This document shows positions 19,130 to 29,623 of a DNA stretch of 54,274 bases, one piece after another; positions within the stretch are counted from its first letter, which is position 1; every line of letters begins with the position of its first letter. A model generated the notes under the pieces. It was not told the DNA's origin and did not search any database. It worked only from the letters and a program-made list of their open reading frames with translations. The stretch is from positions 1-54,274 of the forward strand of contig SHMW01000002.1 of the NCBI GenBank assembly GCA_008080735.1. The letters are read 5' to 3'. The stretch is from Promethearchaeota archaeon. Its GTDB lineage: Archaea > Asgardarchaeota > Lokiarchaeia > Sigyniarchaeales > SOKP01. The position numbers and the translations under genes were made by a program.

Positions 19130-19924
19130 TCAATCTACTTTGGGAAACGTAAAATCTTTCATCAGAAATAGGTCCCTTTCTGGTATATTAATCGTGATTC
19201 CACTGATCAAGGCTATATTTCCTTCAAAATGTTCCTTTTTTAGAAAGGTGTCTATTATTTCTTTTGTTTTTTTTGCCACGACATCATGATTCAGTTTAAA
19301 TAATTCTAGTGTTTGGTTATTATAATCATCAATAGCTAGGATCCTTTCCAAATCATCTGCGTAATTTTGTATCAGTTCATTATGTAAGACTACTCTAGTA
19401 GGGTCTATTCTATTCTCATCGGGGGCGATGAAAAACTCCTCTGGACTGCCCGCTTCTTTGAGAGCTGCGATGAATCCCATCATCGCTCCGCAGGACGAGG
19501 TGACTTTTTCTTGTCCTGGACGAATTATTTTCCCATATACAGCTGAACCCGCATCATCCATAATTCCCATATGAGGACTTACGAAAAGAATGAGGTTACC
19601 TTCTTTTCGGTCTCCACCATTTTGCTCATCGGGAGGATGGTGACTGGCGGCTGTTAGCCCCGAAACCCCACCCATAGGATAGGCTCCAAGCCCCCCTAGA
19701 TGAAATTCTCCGTTATATTTTCCTGTAAGAGCATTTTCGATTGTTTCAAGTTCTTCTAACCTATTTACATCATCTGGGCATACGCTGAAAACCAAACGAG
19801 AATTAGCACGGTCAAACCCGTTGTCACTCAGTTTTAATTCCACATTTTCAAGGAACTGAGTTATAGAATAAAGGTTTCCCCAGTTATCAATATCTTTTAC
19901 CAATAAAGTATCATATTCTAACAT
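19130..19924 (-). CDS. LCIB/LCIC-family beta-carbonic anhydrase-like protein
   Basis: SVCPDDVN, FHLGGLGAYP.GG.SG..A..HH.P, PHMGI and RPGQ....SCGA: Cys/His/Cys zinc ligands in LCIB-type spacing. Confidence 0.8.
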   Translation of the reverse strand: MLEYDTLLVKDIDNWGNLYSITQFLENVELKLSDNGFDRANSRLVFSVCPDDVNRLEELETIENALTGKYNGEFHLGGLGAYPMGGVSGLTAASHHPPDEQNGGDRKEGNLILFVSPHMGIMDDAGSAVYGKIIRPGQEKVTSSCGAMMGFIAALKEAGSPEEFFIAPDENRIDPTRVVLHNELIQNYADDLERILAIDDYNNQTLELFKLNHDVVAKKTKEIIDTFLKKEHFEGNIALISGITINIPERDLFLMKDFTFPKVD

Positions 19925-19991
19925 ATTTGTATCACCTTGGAAAAATTGTGAAATGATAATATAAGAAATTGTTTTTAAATTATTGCAAAAG

Positions 19992-20025
19992 CAAAACCCA
20001 TCTCAAAGCGCAATTGGGGGTTTTG
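19992..20025 (-). terminator. Possible stem-loop terminator downstream of cheR-cheD
   Basis: CAAAACCC...GGGTTTTG inverted repeat followed on the minus strand by a short T run. Confidence 0.3.
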
Positions 20026-20098
20026 AATAATCATTTAAAATCACCATAAAAAAATACATAATTACCAATGCAATGGAACCCATTTTCCTAATGAAATT

Positions 20099-22060
20099 TT
20101 ATAATTTAATTTCTTTTTTATTGGATCCAAATTGGATAAGGATTCGCTTTTTCTTGATATTCAATTTGATATCTCGAGGGTATGCTCCTCCAATATGTTC
20201 TTTTTGTATAGAAATATTATATTTTTTTAATTCTAACTTTAATTTCTCCAGAATCCGTTCTACCGAATTATATTTTTTATTGAATATCTGAGCCCCACCA
20301 ATTATACACGCAGTTAGTTTTTCTGAAGCTCCATTTATTAACATTTTTTTTGTTAAGAATGGGACACAAAACTGAGCATATTGATGTTTATTGGTTAGCT
20401 CATCTTTTTTCTGGCCCTTTCTTGGTTTCAAATACATTATGTGAGACATAGCATAGATTTGATTCAAATTATCACAGAGAATTAAAATATATGTTGATCC
20501 AATTCCATTTATAGAAATTTTCTTTGGAATGTGTTTTGAATTATCTTTTGAGGAAGATATGACATATTGGCCAAGGGGTAAAATATGGTCCTCCTCTTTG
20601 TATCCATATTTCAAGACTTTAGCCTCTGATATATGATTTTCTGACGATCCTTTTCTGTTTTTGTATTTTTCAAAGTTTTTTATTTTGTGTTGGAATTTTT
20701 CTACTTGCTTTTTGAACATTTCCTTCTCAATACGAAGCAATTCATTTTTCATTTCATAGCTCTCCCATTTCTTTTTGATAAATCTTCTCTCTTTTTCAAA
20801 TAAGAGCAGGGTATTTTCAAAATCTTTTTTCTGTTCTTGAAATTCTTTTTTTTCCTCTTCGAACTTAAGGATAGCTTCATTTAACTTTTTTCTCTGTTGT
20901 TTAAGAAAGAATAGTTCTTTATTTATTCTAGTTCTAAATTTTTCCAATTCTGCTATCTGTTGCTCATAAATTTCTGATTTTGAAGGTTTTGAAAGAATAT
21001 TTGATATATTTATCAAATTTTTAGGTTTTTTAATTGGGTTTGACTTAATAATTTCTTTATCTGGTTCTTCTTCTGGACTTTCCTTTTTTATTGAAATTTC
21101 AGAAGGTTGTAAATCATCATCTTTTTCTTGAAGGCTTATAGTTTTGTACTTATCCATTATCTTGTCATTAATCCTCGTCTCTAAATTTGCCAGATCTTTT
21201 AATCGCTGAATACTCTTTTCATTTCCTTCTTTCAAATTAGGTAATTCCCCTTTTACATAAATATGGTTGGTTGGATCTACTAATTTGAACGTTTTTTGGC
21301 CATTCAATCGCTCCGTTTTTCCCAATATTAAAAAACCCCCATCATTCAAATACGTTTTTAGATTTCTTATTAAATGGTTTCTCGAAAGCAGATTAATATA
21401 AATAATAAAGTTCCGGCATAAAATAATATCGTATTTTTGTGATTTTTCATGGCAGATAGTAATATCTTCATTGATGAATTCTACTTTATTTCGAAGAGCT
21501 TGGTTTATCTGGTATTTTGTTGTTGAATTAGAAATCTTGGTAAAATATTTTTTTAAATATTGAGGGGGTATCTCGTGAAGCGCATGTTTCCCGTAAATCC
21601 CCTTTTTTGCTTTTTTTATTGCTTGAGAATTAATATCGGATGCTACAATTTTATACTCTGGGAAATCAGAATTTTCAGCTTTTAACTCTTCAAATAGAAT
21701 TGCCAATGAATATGGTTCTTCTCCATTTGCACAAGGACAAGACCATACTTTTATTAAGCTATTCTTAGTCAATTGATATTTTTCTAATAACTCCCCAATT
21801 CTCTTAAAAATTTCATAATTTCTGAAGAAATATGAATAATTTATTGTAAAATTGTCTAAGAATCGCTCTATTTCCAAGGGATTCGTCTTAAGATATTCGA
21901 AATATTTTTCTTCTGTCTTTAGATCTAAAGAACGAATTCTGGCCCTTATCCTTTTTTCAATTAATCTTTCTTGATAATATTCGAATTTAATCCCCGTATA
22001 CCTATTTATTTCTTGGAGTATTTTTTCGTAGTAATCTTTCTGTATTTTTATAGAACCAAT
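20099..22060 (-). CDS. cheR: CheR methyltransferase - coiled coil - CheD-like fusion (start uncertain; frame open to 22096, ORF track starts at 21877)
   Basis: In-frame upstream CheR N-domain (RYTGIKFEYYQERLIEKRIRAR..YLKTNP), TINYSYFFRN, WSCPCANGEEPYS, DIILCRN; C-terminal CheD-like GIGST..AMSHIM..IIGGAQIF..HIGG..R. Confidence 0.88.
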   Translation of the reverse strand: MGSIKIQKDYYEKILQEINRYTGIKFEYYQERLIEKRIRARIRSLDLKTEEKYFEYLKTNPLEIERFLDNFTINYSYFFRNYEIFKRIGELLEKYQLTKNSLIKVWSCPCANGEEPYSLAILFEELKAENSDFPEYKIVASDINSQAIKKAKKGIYGKHALHEIPPQYLKKYFTKISNSTTKYQINQALRNKVEFINEDITICHEKSQKYDIILCRNFIIYINLLSRNHLIRNLKTYLNDGGFLILGKTERLNGQKTFKLVDPTNHIYVKGELPNLKEGNEKSIQRLKDLANLETRINDKIMDKYKTISLQEKDDDLQPSEISIKKESPEEEPDKEIIKSNPIKKPKNLINISNILSKPSKSEIYEQQIAELEKFRTRINKELFFLKQQRKKLNEAILKFEEEKKEFQEQKKDFENTLLLFEKERRFIKKKWESYEMKNELLRIEKEMFKKQVEKFQHKIKNFEKYKNRKGSSENHISEAKVLKYGYKEEDHILPLGQYVISSSKDNSKHIPKKISINGIGSTYILILCDNLNQIYAMSHIMYLKPRKGQKKDELTNKHQYAQFCVPFLTKKMLINGASEKLTACIIGGAQIFNKKYNSVERILEKLKLELKKYNISIQKEHIGGAYPRDIKLNIKKKRILIQFGSNKKEIKL

Positions 22061-22206
22061 AACCTTTCTTACACCTTTGATTGAGACGTCTAAGTTCTAA
22101 CCATATAATATAGGAAATCCTTTTTAAATTATGTATTTCGAAAATCGCTAAATCCGATGTGATTAAATAATAAGAATGTATAATTAATAGCCAAAGGATT
22201 GTAGCT

Positions 22207-23721
22207 TTAATAATATGATTTCTGAACCAAGAAATCTCTAATTTTATAATTTGGGAGTATTCTATCAACTACTCCCTCTTCGATTGCGAATTTTGGCATC
22301 CCAAACAGAATTGCTGTTTCTTCTGATTCACTAATAGTAATTCCACCATTTTCATGAATCTTTTTCATTCCATTTACGCCATCCTCCCCCATTCCAGTAA
22401 GAAGGATAGCTATAACTTTATTTTTATATATTTCCGAGGCAGATTCAAATAAAACATCCACAGAAGGAACACATGAATTAACTGGTTTTCCTTTGTAAAG
22501 TATAATACATGGGCTTTTTTTTTTAGTGCTAATGCTAATATGTCTTCCACTAGGTGCAAAATATACGGTGCTAGGCCTTAAAATTTCATAATGTTCTGCA
22601 ACTTTTACCTTAATCTCACTATTCTTATTTAAATACTGTGCGAGTGGAGAGATAAAATGTTCATTTAAATGTTGGACGACAATGATTGGATAGGGAAAAT
22701 TTCGTGGTATACCTTGAAGGATCATTCTCAATGCTTTAGGTCCCCCGACACTTGCACCTATTACCACGATTTTAGAATCGATTTTTGGAATCTTTCTCCC
22801 TGATATAGTTTTAAAATATTTTTTAGGTTGGCTATCTTCTATTCTGATTTTTTGAGTTCTGATATCTTTCTTATGCTCAATTTCCTTAAGGATACTCTGT
22901 TTATGAACTGACTTATCAGATTTTTTCTCTCTTCTCTTCTCTTTCCTTAATAGGTTTTGATATAATACATCAATATTATCCTTATCATCAAAAGATGTAC
23001 TTTTACCCCGCTTTTGTATATCGCTTTCAATTTTTTTTGGTTTATCAAGATTTTCATGGAGTCTATTTTTATATTCTTTTTGTAATTCCGATTGCCCTTC
23101 GATATCTTCCTTACTTATTTTATTATCCGTTACTTGTTTAGGTTTTTTTTTATATTCTACATAATTTTCCGCCTTAAAGACATTTTTACTTTGTATTTTA
23201 GAGGGTTTTATCTCTTTAAGATATTTTCCAAATTCAAAAACCTCGTCCACCCACTGTTGCCGAAAAGGTAAATTCCCCGTCGAATCTTTTTCATATTCCA
23301 TCTTACCATAAATTTTATTAAATCGGGAATTTGATGCTAATAAAATCTTCTCAATAAGATTCTTTCTGAAATCAGGGAGTTTTTTCGCACCTAAAGTCCC
23401 AGGTTTCAGTATATAATCAAATGCTCCAATCAATAATGCTTGGACGGACGAATCCAGAGTTTGAGGGCTAATACTCGACAAGATGATCGTGGGTGTAGGG
23501 TTTTCTGCCATGATTCTTCTAAATGCCTCAAGACCGTTTATTTTTGGCATCATTAAATCCAATAGAATTACATCAGGATTTTGATAAATCGCTTTCTTTA
23601 TGGCTTCTTTACCATTTTTGGCAGTTCCAATTAGGACAATCTCATCAGAAGAGCTTAAAATTTCGGAGATTCTTTTCCTTAAGAACGCGGAATCATCAGC
23701 GATTAATACGCGTGTTTTCAA
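22207..23721 (-). CDS. cheB: Chemotaxis methylesterase CheB with extended charged linker
   Basis: Receiver ADDS/DLMMP; esterase triad motifs GASVGG, VVQH, LTGMGEDG; FGMP. Confidence 0.95.
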   Translation of the reverse strand: MKTRVLIADDSAFLRKRISEILSSSDEIVLIGTAKNGKEAIKKAIYQNPDVILLDLMMPKINGLEAFRRIMAENPTPTIILSSISPQTLDSSVQALLIGAFDYILKPGTLGAKKLPDFRKNLIEKILLASNSRFNKIYGKMEYEKDSTGNLPFRQQWVDEVFEFGKYLKEIKPSKIQSKNVFKAENYVEYKKKPKQVTDNKISKEDIEGQSELQKEYKNRLHENLDKPKKIESDIQKRGKSTSFDDKDNIDVLYQNLLRKEKRREKKSDKSVHKQSILKEIEHKKDIRTQKIRIEDSQPKKYFKTISGRKIPKIDSKIVVIGASVGGPKALRMILQGIPRNFPYPIIVVQHLNEHFISPLAQYLNKNSEIKVKVAEHYEILRPSTVYFAPSGRHISISTKKKSPCIILYKGKPVNSCVPSVDVLFESASEIYKNKVIAILLTGMGEDGVNGMKKIHENGGITISESEETAILFGMPKFAIEEGVVDRILPNYKIRDFLVQKSYY

Positions 23722-23867
23722 TCTTAAACCTGCTTTAGAAGGTTCTTTGAATATTATAAAAAACTCTTCCTTTTTTAAATTACATTATTTCTCTAAAATT
23801 GAAATTAGATTATCTTTTTTTAAATCTAAATAATGAAATAAAAAGCTTAGTAGGATTCTGAAAATTT

Positions 23868-24542
23868 CTAATAAAAACTCTGCTGATTAAGAAATTTCAC
23901 ACCTTTGTTTTTCATATCTTTCAATGCGTTCGATATGCTTCCTTCGGGATCATCGATACCTCGGGTTAAATCAACAATGAAATTTACATCGAATCCAAAC
24001 TCAATTCCATCTATTGCAGTATAATAACAACAATAATCTAAAGCTAATCCCGATATAAAAATTCGCTTGATATCTAACCCATTTAAAAAACCTCTTAATC
24101 CCGTTTCCTTCTTTTTTAACTGATCACGAAACCCCGAATATGAATCGACTTCAGAATCCATCCCTTTACGTATTATTGCTCTTGCCAAGGTTTTATCTAA
24201 GTCTTTATGGAATTCAGCACCTTTTGTACCTTGAACACAATGATCTGGCCATAAGACTGGGCCTATCCCATCTCCATGAAATTCATCTCCTGGTTCTTTA
24301 CCTGGGTGATTACTTGCGAATGATTTATCATTTTGAGGGTGCCAATCTTGGGTTTGTACTATTGAAGCTCCCTTATTCAGGAATAGAGACCCAATTTTAT
24401 TAATCCCCTCAATTATGTCATCCCCTCCTTCAACAGCTAATGCTCCTCCTGGCAAAAAATCATATTGCATATCAACAATTAGAAATGCATCAGTTTCTCT
24501 TATTTCTATGCCTTGTTCAAATTTTAAATCTTTAATTTCCAA
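23868..24542 (-). CDS. pncA: Nicotinamidase/pyrazinamidase
   Basis: VDMQYDF, TQDWHP, WPDHCVQGT, RKG..DSYSGF, GLALDYC. Confidence 0.95.
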   Translation of the reverse strand: MEIKDLKFEQGIEIRETDAFLIVDMQYDFLPGGALAVEGGDDIIEGINKIGSLFLNKGASIVQTQDWHPQNDKSFASNHPGKEPGDEFHGDGIGPVLWPDHCVQGTKGAEFHKDLDKTLARAIIRKGMDSEVDSYSGFRDQLKKKETGLRGFLNGLDIKRIFISGLALDYCCYYTAIDGIEFGFDVNFIVDLTRGIDDPEGSISNALKDMKNKGVKFLNQQSFY

Positions 24543-24929
24543 TTTTTACACTCCACAAATTCTAATATCTTATTTATTTATTAGGAATTAGTCGTTAAAA
24601 AATGAATTATTTAAAAATTTAAATTTTAAGTTTGGTTATTATATTTCTTATAAGGTTTTTTCTATTACTCCTCTCATCCTATAAGAAAATACCATATAAA
24701 CTAGTTTTCCAATGAACTCTATTAATTTTTACATTTAGCAATATTTTTTTATTGAAAACTGATACGAAACAAAATCTGGTAATTATATCGTTTCTATAAA
24801 CAAATAGTTAAATAGGGTTATTTGTATTCTGCAATTAAGTATTTATAAAAAGCTTAAAATTTATTACAACAAACTGTTTTAATTACATAAAAACTAATAC
24901 TGAATATAAAGGAAATTAAGTAAGAGAAA

Positions 24930-25286
24930 GTGGATAAAATGAATGCCAAAAAAAAGTTCTATCTTTTATTAGCCATATTTCAAGTCGTTTTAACCTTTAC
25001 GGTGTTCTTTTCTGTAGATGGTATTGTGAATATGGTTGCTGCTCAAGCCGATGCTTCGACTGATCCTATGACTCTCTCTATGTTTGCTATTTCTGCTGCG
25101 ATTGCGACGGGCGCTTCTGTTATCGCTAGTGCCTGGGCAATAAGAACCACTGGTACTGCAGCGATCTCAGCATTATCTGAACGGGAAGGTTCGTTTTTCC
25201 AAGCCTTTTTGGTGGTAGCTCTCTGTGAAGCATTGGCCATTTATGGCTTAATTGTTGGTATTTTATTATGGACCAAAATTCCGTAA
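24930..25286 (+). CDS. atpK: A/V-type ATPase subunit K (c, proteolipid)
   Basis: Single hairpin with ALCEALAIYG carboxylate, plus N-terminal hydrophobic leader. Confidence 0.9.
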   Translation: MDKMNAKKKFYLLLAIFQVVLTFTVFFSVDGIVNMVAAQADASTDPMTLSMFAISAAIATGASVIASAWAIRTTGTAAISALSEREGSFFQAFLVVALCEALAIYGLIVGILLWTKIP

Positions 25287-25343
25287 GGATAGATTCATTC
25301 TGAAATCGAGTATTTATAATATATTATTTCTTGGTGAAAGCAA

Positions 25344-26399
25344 ACGAGTAGTGTTATTGTTCCCTCTTATGCATATACGTACATTAAGATTGGATTTTTA
25401 AGAAAGTTGATAATGGATCCTTCTGAACTAGAAGGGTTAGTAGATATAGATGATATTCGGGAATTTATAAACAAAATTAAACCATATTACCCCGATTTAA
25501 ACCTACAAAAGTATACTATAGAAGAAATCGAGAAAAAGCTTTATAACATATACATCAAACTAATTGGAAGGATTATTTCATTCTCACCTGAGAATATGAG
25601 GAATTTCTTGAAAGATTTTTTGATGAAATTTGAAATTTTAAATCTGAAACAGATCATATTAGGATCGATTATTGGGATGGGAATCGAAGAAAAACGAGAA
25701 AACGTAAACTTTTTGGTACATAAATATTTAGAAAATGAAGATTTTATGAGAGAATTAGTGAAAATATCTTCCTTGGATGAAATTAGACTCAAATTAAGAG
25801 GAACAAGATATTATAAGGCAGTTAGAGAAGGTATTCTCTACTTCAAGAATAATAATGAAATATTTGTTTTGGAGTCCTTTTTAGACCAATTATATTATAA
25901 AAACCTCGTGAAAGAGCGAAAAACTCTAAACAAATACGAAGAAGAAATGATTTCTCTATTTACACGATACATAACAGAAATCTATAATATTAATATGATT
26001 TATAGAGGCATAATAAACAAGATTGACAAGAAACTGCTCTCTCAATTTTTGGTCCATAGTTTTTTATTTTTGGATTCTGATGCTTTGAATCTTTTAATAG
26101 AAAAGAACACCATTGAGCATTTTTTCAATCAATTGAATACTAGACTTAAGACAGAAGATAAAATTAAAATATTTTATAAAGAACTTTCCAATGAGATGGA
26201 GCACCCTATTTGGGAATTAGAAAGAATATACCAAAAATTTTATTTTAATGAATTTAAATTAGAAATTGATAAAATAGATTACTCAACGATTTACAGGATT
26301 TTTGAAGTTTTGATAAAGAAAGAAAAGGAAATTAAATTCGAGATTGTTCCTAACGCAATAAGAATCATTCATAAAAAATTTCAAATATTTAATAAATAA
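25344..26399 (+). CDS. atpC: A/V-type ATPase subunit C (d); start uncertain (ACG 25344 or TTG 25407)
   Basis: In-frame YAY motif upstream of the tracked start; FEILNLK..I, LESFLD..YY, EIYNI..IYRG patterns; operon position. Confidence 0.82.
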   Translation, partial: TSSVIVPSYAYTYIKIGFLRKLIMDPSELEGLVDIDDIREFINKIKPYYPDLNLQKYTIEEIEKKLYNIYIKLIGRIISFSPENMRNFLKDFLMKFEILNLKQIILGSIIGMGIEEKRENVNFLVHKYLENEDFMRELVKISSLDEIRLKLRGTRYYKAVREGILYFKNNNEIFVLESFLDQLYYKNLVKERKTLNKYEEEMISLFTRYITEIYNINMIYRGIINKIDKKLLSQFLVHSFLFLDSDALNLLIEKNTIEHFFNQLNTRLKTEDKIKIFYKELSNEMEHPIWELERIYQKFYFNEFKLEIDKIDYSTIYRIFEVLIKKEKEIKFEIVPNAIRIIHKKFQIFNK

Positions 26400-26424
26400 A
26401 GGCATATGAGAATGGTGTGGAGAA

Positions 26425-26736
26425 ATGAGTATATTTGAATTTGTAGATGATATTGAAGAAACTTATAAAGAATTGATCGAAAAAGCAAAAGATGAAAATG
26501 AATCCGAATTAAACAAATTAAGAGAAGAAGAAGAATATAATCTCACACAAACTTTAGATGAAAAGAGAAACTATGTCGAAAGAATTTTAGAAGATTTAAA
26601 AAGTACAATTAATGGTAAAATTAAGAATTTTAAAAAACAAATAGATAAAGAAATTGAAAATACCAAAAAAGATTATGAAATTAATAAAGTGCAAATTATT
26701 AAAAGAGTTTTAAAAGATATTGGAGTTGTATTTTAA
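26425..26736 (+). CDS. A/V-type ATPase subunit H/G (peripheral stalk)
   Basis: 103-aa charged coiled coil inside the ATPase operon. Confidence 0.7.
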   Translation: MSIFEFVDDIEETYKELIEKAKDENESELNKLREEEEYNLTQTLDEKRNYVERILEDLKSTINGKIKNFKKQIDKEIENTKKDYEINKVQIIKRVLKDIGVVF

Positions 26737-27059
26737 TGTCTGAACATCAAAAAATCCATATTATAGGGTATGATGAGTTGGTGATTCTTATGGGACTTTT
26801 GGGAGTTGATGGAACGGTTGTTGAGGATCCAAATAAATTTATGGATATATTTGAAAAAGTAAGCGATAATCCCTCAATCACCATGATATTAATCGCAATG
26901 GATTTACCAGATGAGATTATTGATTATTTGATAGATTTTAAACTGAACAATACAAAACCATTCATTTATCTTATGCCGGATATATTTCAAGAAGAAATTG
27001 AAGAGAGGAGTGTTTTTTTAAAGAAAGTATACAAACAAAAAGGAAAATTACTGATATAA
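26736..27059 (+). CDS. atpF: A/V-type ATPase subunit F
   Basis: KIHIIG.DELV..MGLLGV N-terminal motif; size; 1-nt overlap with the upstream gene. Confidence 0.87.
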   Translation: MSEHQKIHIIGYDELVILMGLLGVDGTVVEDPNKFMDIFEKVSDNPSITMILIAMDLPDEIIDYLIDFKLNNTKPFIYLMPDIFQEEIEERSVFLKKVYKQKGKLLI

Positions 27060-27066
27060 GTGGTGT

Positions 27067-27798
27067 TTGAGAATTTCAGATAAAAATTTTAATATTAAAT
27101 CTAGATTTGGGAAATTGGGAATGCATCTTATTGAGCAAGCAAAGGATAAGATAAAAGACCTAAATCAAGAGATGTTATTCCGAAAAGCAGAAATAAAAAA
27201 ACGCTATCGAAATCGTTTAGATACAAAATCGAATGAAATTCGGCAACAATTTGTTGATGATTATAATAATATTTTAAATATGAATCTCTCCTCAACTCTT
27301 TTAGAATCAAAAGATAGGATATTAGAGTTGAAAAATAATTTGATTAAAGTTTTTATTACAGATCTACATAAAGAAATAGAAAATCACATTAAAAGTAATT
27401 ATCAAGGTTATTTGAATTATTTAATTGGTTTAATTCGAGAGATAAAAGGTCAAAATTATATCCCAGAAAACTCAATTTTTTATTTTAATGAAAAAGATTA
27501 TGAATTCTTTGAAAAAAATAACCATAAACTCACAGAGATTATCCAAAAGGAATTTATAATTAAGCGATCCTCAAGGATAAACATTGGAGGGCTTATCCTA
27601 GAGCAGGCTGATGGAGAAATATCTTTTGATTACACTATTGACAATATCATTGAAGAAAACTATTCTCTTATTGAGATGGAGTTTTCCGATATCATAAAAG
27701 ATGCTGAAATAAAAAAGATACAATCTGAATTTGAAGATATTATTAACGAAAATAAAAAAAAAATCGAGACATATTTAATAGATTATGACAGAATCTAA
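27067..27798 (+). CDS. atpE: A/V-type ATPase subunit E
   Basis: N-terminal coiled coil and IGGLILEQADGEISFDYT motif. Confidence 0.87.
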   Translation: MRISDKNFNIKSRFGKLGMHLIEQAKDKIKDLNQEMLFRKAEIKKRYRNRLDTKSNEIRQQFVDDYNNILNMNLSSTLLESKDRILELKNNLIKVFITDLHKEIENHIKSNYQGYLNYLIGLIREIKGQNYIPENSIFYFNEKDYEFFEKNNHKLTEIIQKEFIIKRSSRINIGGLILEQADGEISFDYTIDNIIEENYSLIEMEFSDIIKDAEIKKIQSEFEDIINENKKKIETYLIDYDRI

Positions 27799-29623
27799 AC
27801 AATCTACTAAAGGATACATTTCGGAAGTCAATGGATCTTTAATAACCGTAAAAGGTTTAGAACATGATGTAAGATTACATGATCTTATTAAAGTTAACAA
27901 ACAAAACCTTATAGGAGAAGTCATCCAAATATATTCTGATAGAATAAGTGTGCAATGTTTTGAAGATACTGATAACCTAAAATTGAATGAAGAAGTCCTC
28001 TATTTAGAAGAACCCTTATCAATGGAATTGGGTCCCGGCTTATTATCGAATATATTTGACGGAATTCAAAGACCATTAGATAAGATTTTTGAAATGGAGA
28101 AATCCGGGTTTATCACAAGAGGCATTGATATTCCGGCTTTGGATAGGGAAAAGAAATGGCACTTTACCCCTCTTAAAGATATCGATGTTCAAGTTAATCC
28201 TGGAGACGTAATAGGGAAAGTTGAGGAAACTCAAGCGATCACTCATTATATTATGGTTCCTCCTAATGTGAAGGGAACTCTGATAAAGATTGCTGAAGAG
28301 GGAGACTACAAGGTTGATCAAGATCTTTATAAAATCCAAAGTGAAGATAAGGAGAGAACTTTTAATATGATTCAGAAATGGTCTGTCACTCGAAATAGGC
28401 CATTTTCGAAAAGATTAACTCCAGATGAACCTCTTATAACCGGACAGAGAGTTATTGATTTACTCTTTCCAATATCTAAAGGAGGAACGGTCGCCGTTCC
28501 GGGAGGTTTTGGTACAGGAAAGACGGTGCTCCAGCAGAATATAGCAAAATGGTCTGATGCAGATATCATCGTTTTTGTTCATTGCGGAGAACGTGGCAAT
28601 GAAGTAGCAGACCTCTTACGACAATTTCCAAAACTCGAGGATCCAAGAACTGGCCGACCGCTTTTAGAGAGAACCATTCTCATTACTAACACCTCCAATA
28701 TGCCCGTGTCGGCTAGAGAGGCAAGTATTTTTTCTGGCATTACTATTGCGGAGTACTATAGAGATATGGGATATAACGTTGCCCTTCAAGCAGATAGTTC
28801 TTCACGATGGGCAGAAGCATTAAGAGAAATCTCTGGTCTCTTAGAAGAGATGCCCGCAGAAGGAGGTTATCCTGCATATTTAGCGTCGCGTCTATCAGGC
28901 TTCTATGAAAGGGCAGGTGTGATAGAAACGATTGGGGATCATGAACATAAGAATAGTAAAACTGGTACCTTAACTGTTATTGGGTCTGTTTCCCCACCCG
29001 CAGGTGATTTTAGTGAACCCGTCACATCAAATACGAAACGATTTGTACAAACATTTTGGGCCTTAGACGCCGAACTGGCTTATGAAAAGCATTATCCGGC
29101 GATAAATTGGCTGGAATCGTATTCGAATTATCCCGGATATATTCGAAAATGGTGGGAAAAAAATATAGACATCCAATGGATTGAGTTAGAACTAGATTGG
29201 TTTCATTGTAGAAACCAAGTCAATCTAATCCTCTCTCGGGAAAATGAATTAAAGAATATGACCCAACTCGTGGGAGAAGAGAACCTTCCCGAGTCCCAAC
29301 AATTGGACTTATTTATTGCCGATTTAATTCGAGAAGCATTTCTCATTCAGAATGCGTTTGATGATATTGACAATTTTACCTCTCCTAACAAGACTATTGC
29401 TTTAATTAAACTTATTTTGTTATTATATCAAGAAGCAAAAGATTTGCTAAGACAAGGGTATATCATTAAGGATATTAAAGATCTTGAAGTAATTGATAAA
29501 ATTAAACGGATTAAAAACACAATTCCTAATGATCAAGTCAATACTATCGAAGAGGTTAAAAGAAACCTTCTTGATCAAATAGAATCCCTCAAGAAATCCT
29601 ATGGAGTAGTGAGAAGTTATTGA
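27785..29623 (+). CDS. atpA: A/V-type ATPase subunit A (catalytic)
   Basis: ELGPGLL, DGIQRPL, Walker [44 protein letters not shown]. Confidence 0.97.
   Translation: MTESKQSTKGYISEVNGSLITVKGLEHDVRLHDLIKVNKQNLIGEVIQIYSDRISVQCFEDTDNLKLNEEVLYLEEPLSMELGPGLLSNIFDGIQRPLDKIFEMEKSGFITRGIDIPALDREKKWHFTPLKDIDVQVNPGDVIGKVEETQAITHYIMVPPNVKGTLIKIAEEGDYKVDQDLYKIQSEDKERTFNMIQKWSVTRNRPFSKRLTPDEPLITGQRVIDLLFPISKGGTVAVPGGFGTGKTVLQQNIAKWSDADIIVFVHCGERGNEVADLLRQFPKLEDPRTGRPLLERTILITNTSNMPVSAREASIFSGITIAEYYRDMGYNVALQADSSSRWAEALREISGLLEEMPAEGGYPAYLASRLSGFYERAGVIETIGDHEHKNSKTGTLTVIGSVSPPAGDFSEPVTSNTKRFVQTFWALDAELAYEKHYPAINWLESYSNYPGYIRKWWEKNIDIQWIELELDWFHCRNQVNLILSRENELKNMTQLVGEENLPESQQLDLFIADLIREAFLIQNAFDDIDNFTSPNKTIALIKLILLLYQEAKDLLRQGYIIKDIKDLEVIDKIKRIKNTIPNDQVNTIEEVKRNLLDQIESLKKSYGVVRSY

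Noticed and set aside
22002-22268. 88-aa minus-strand ORF between cheB and cheR
   Set aside because: Overlaps the cheB end and the in-frame CheR N-domain in a different frame; no motif. It cannot be fully excluded as a frameshift entry into cheR, but its sequence is not CheR-like
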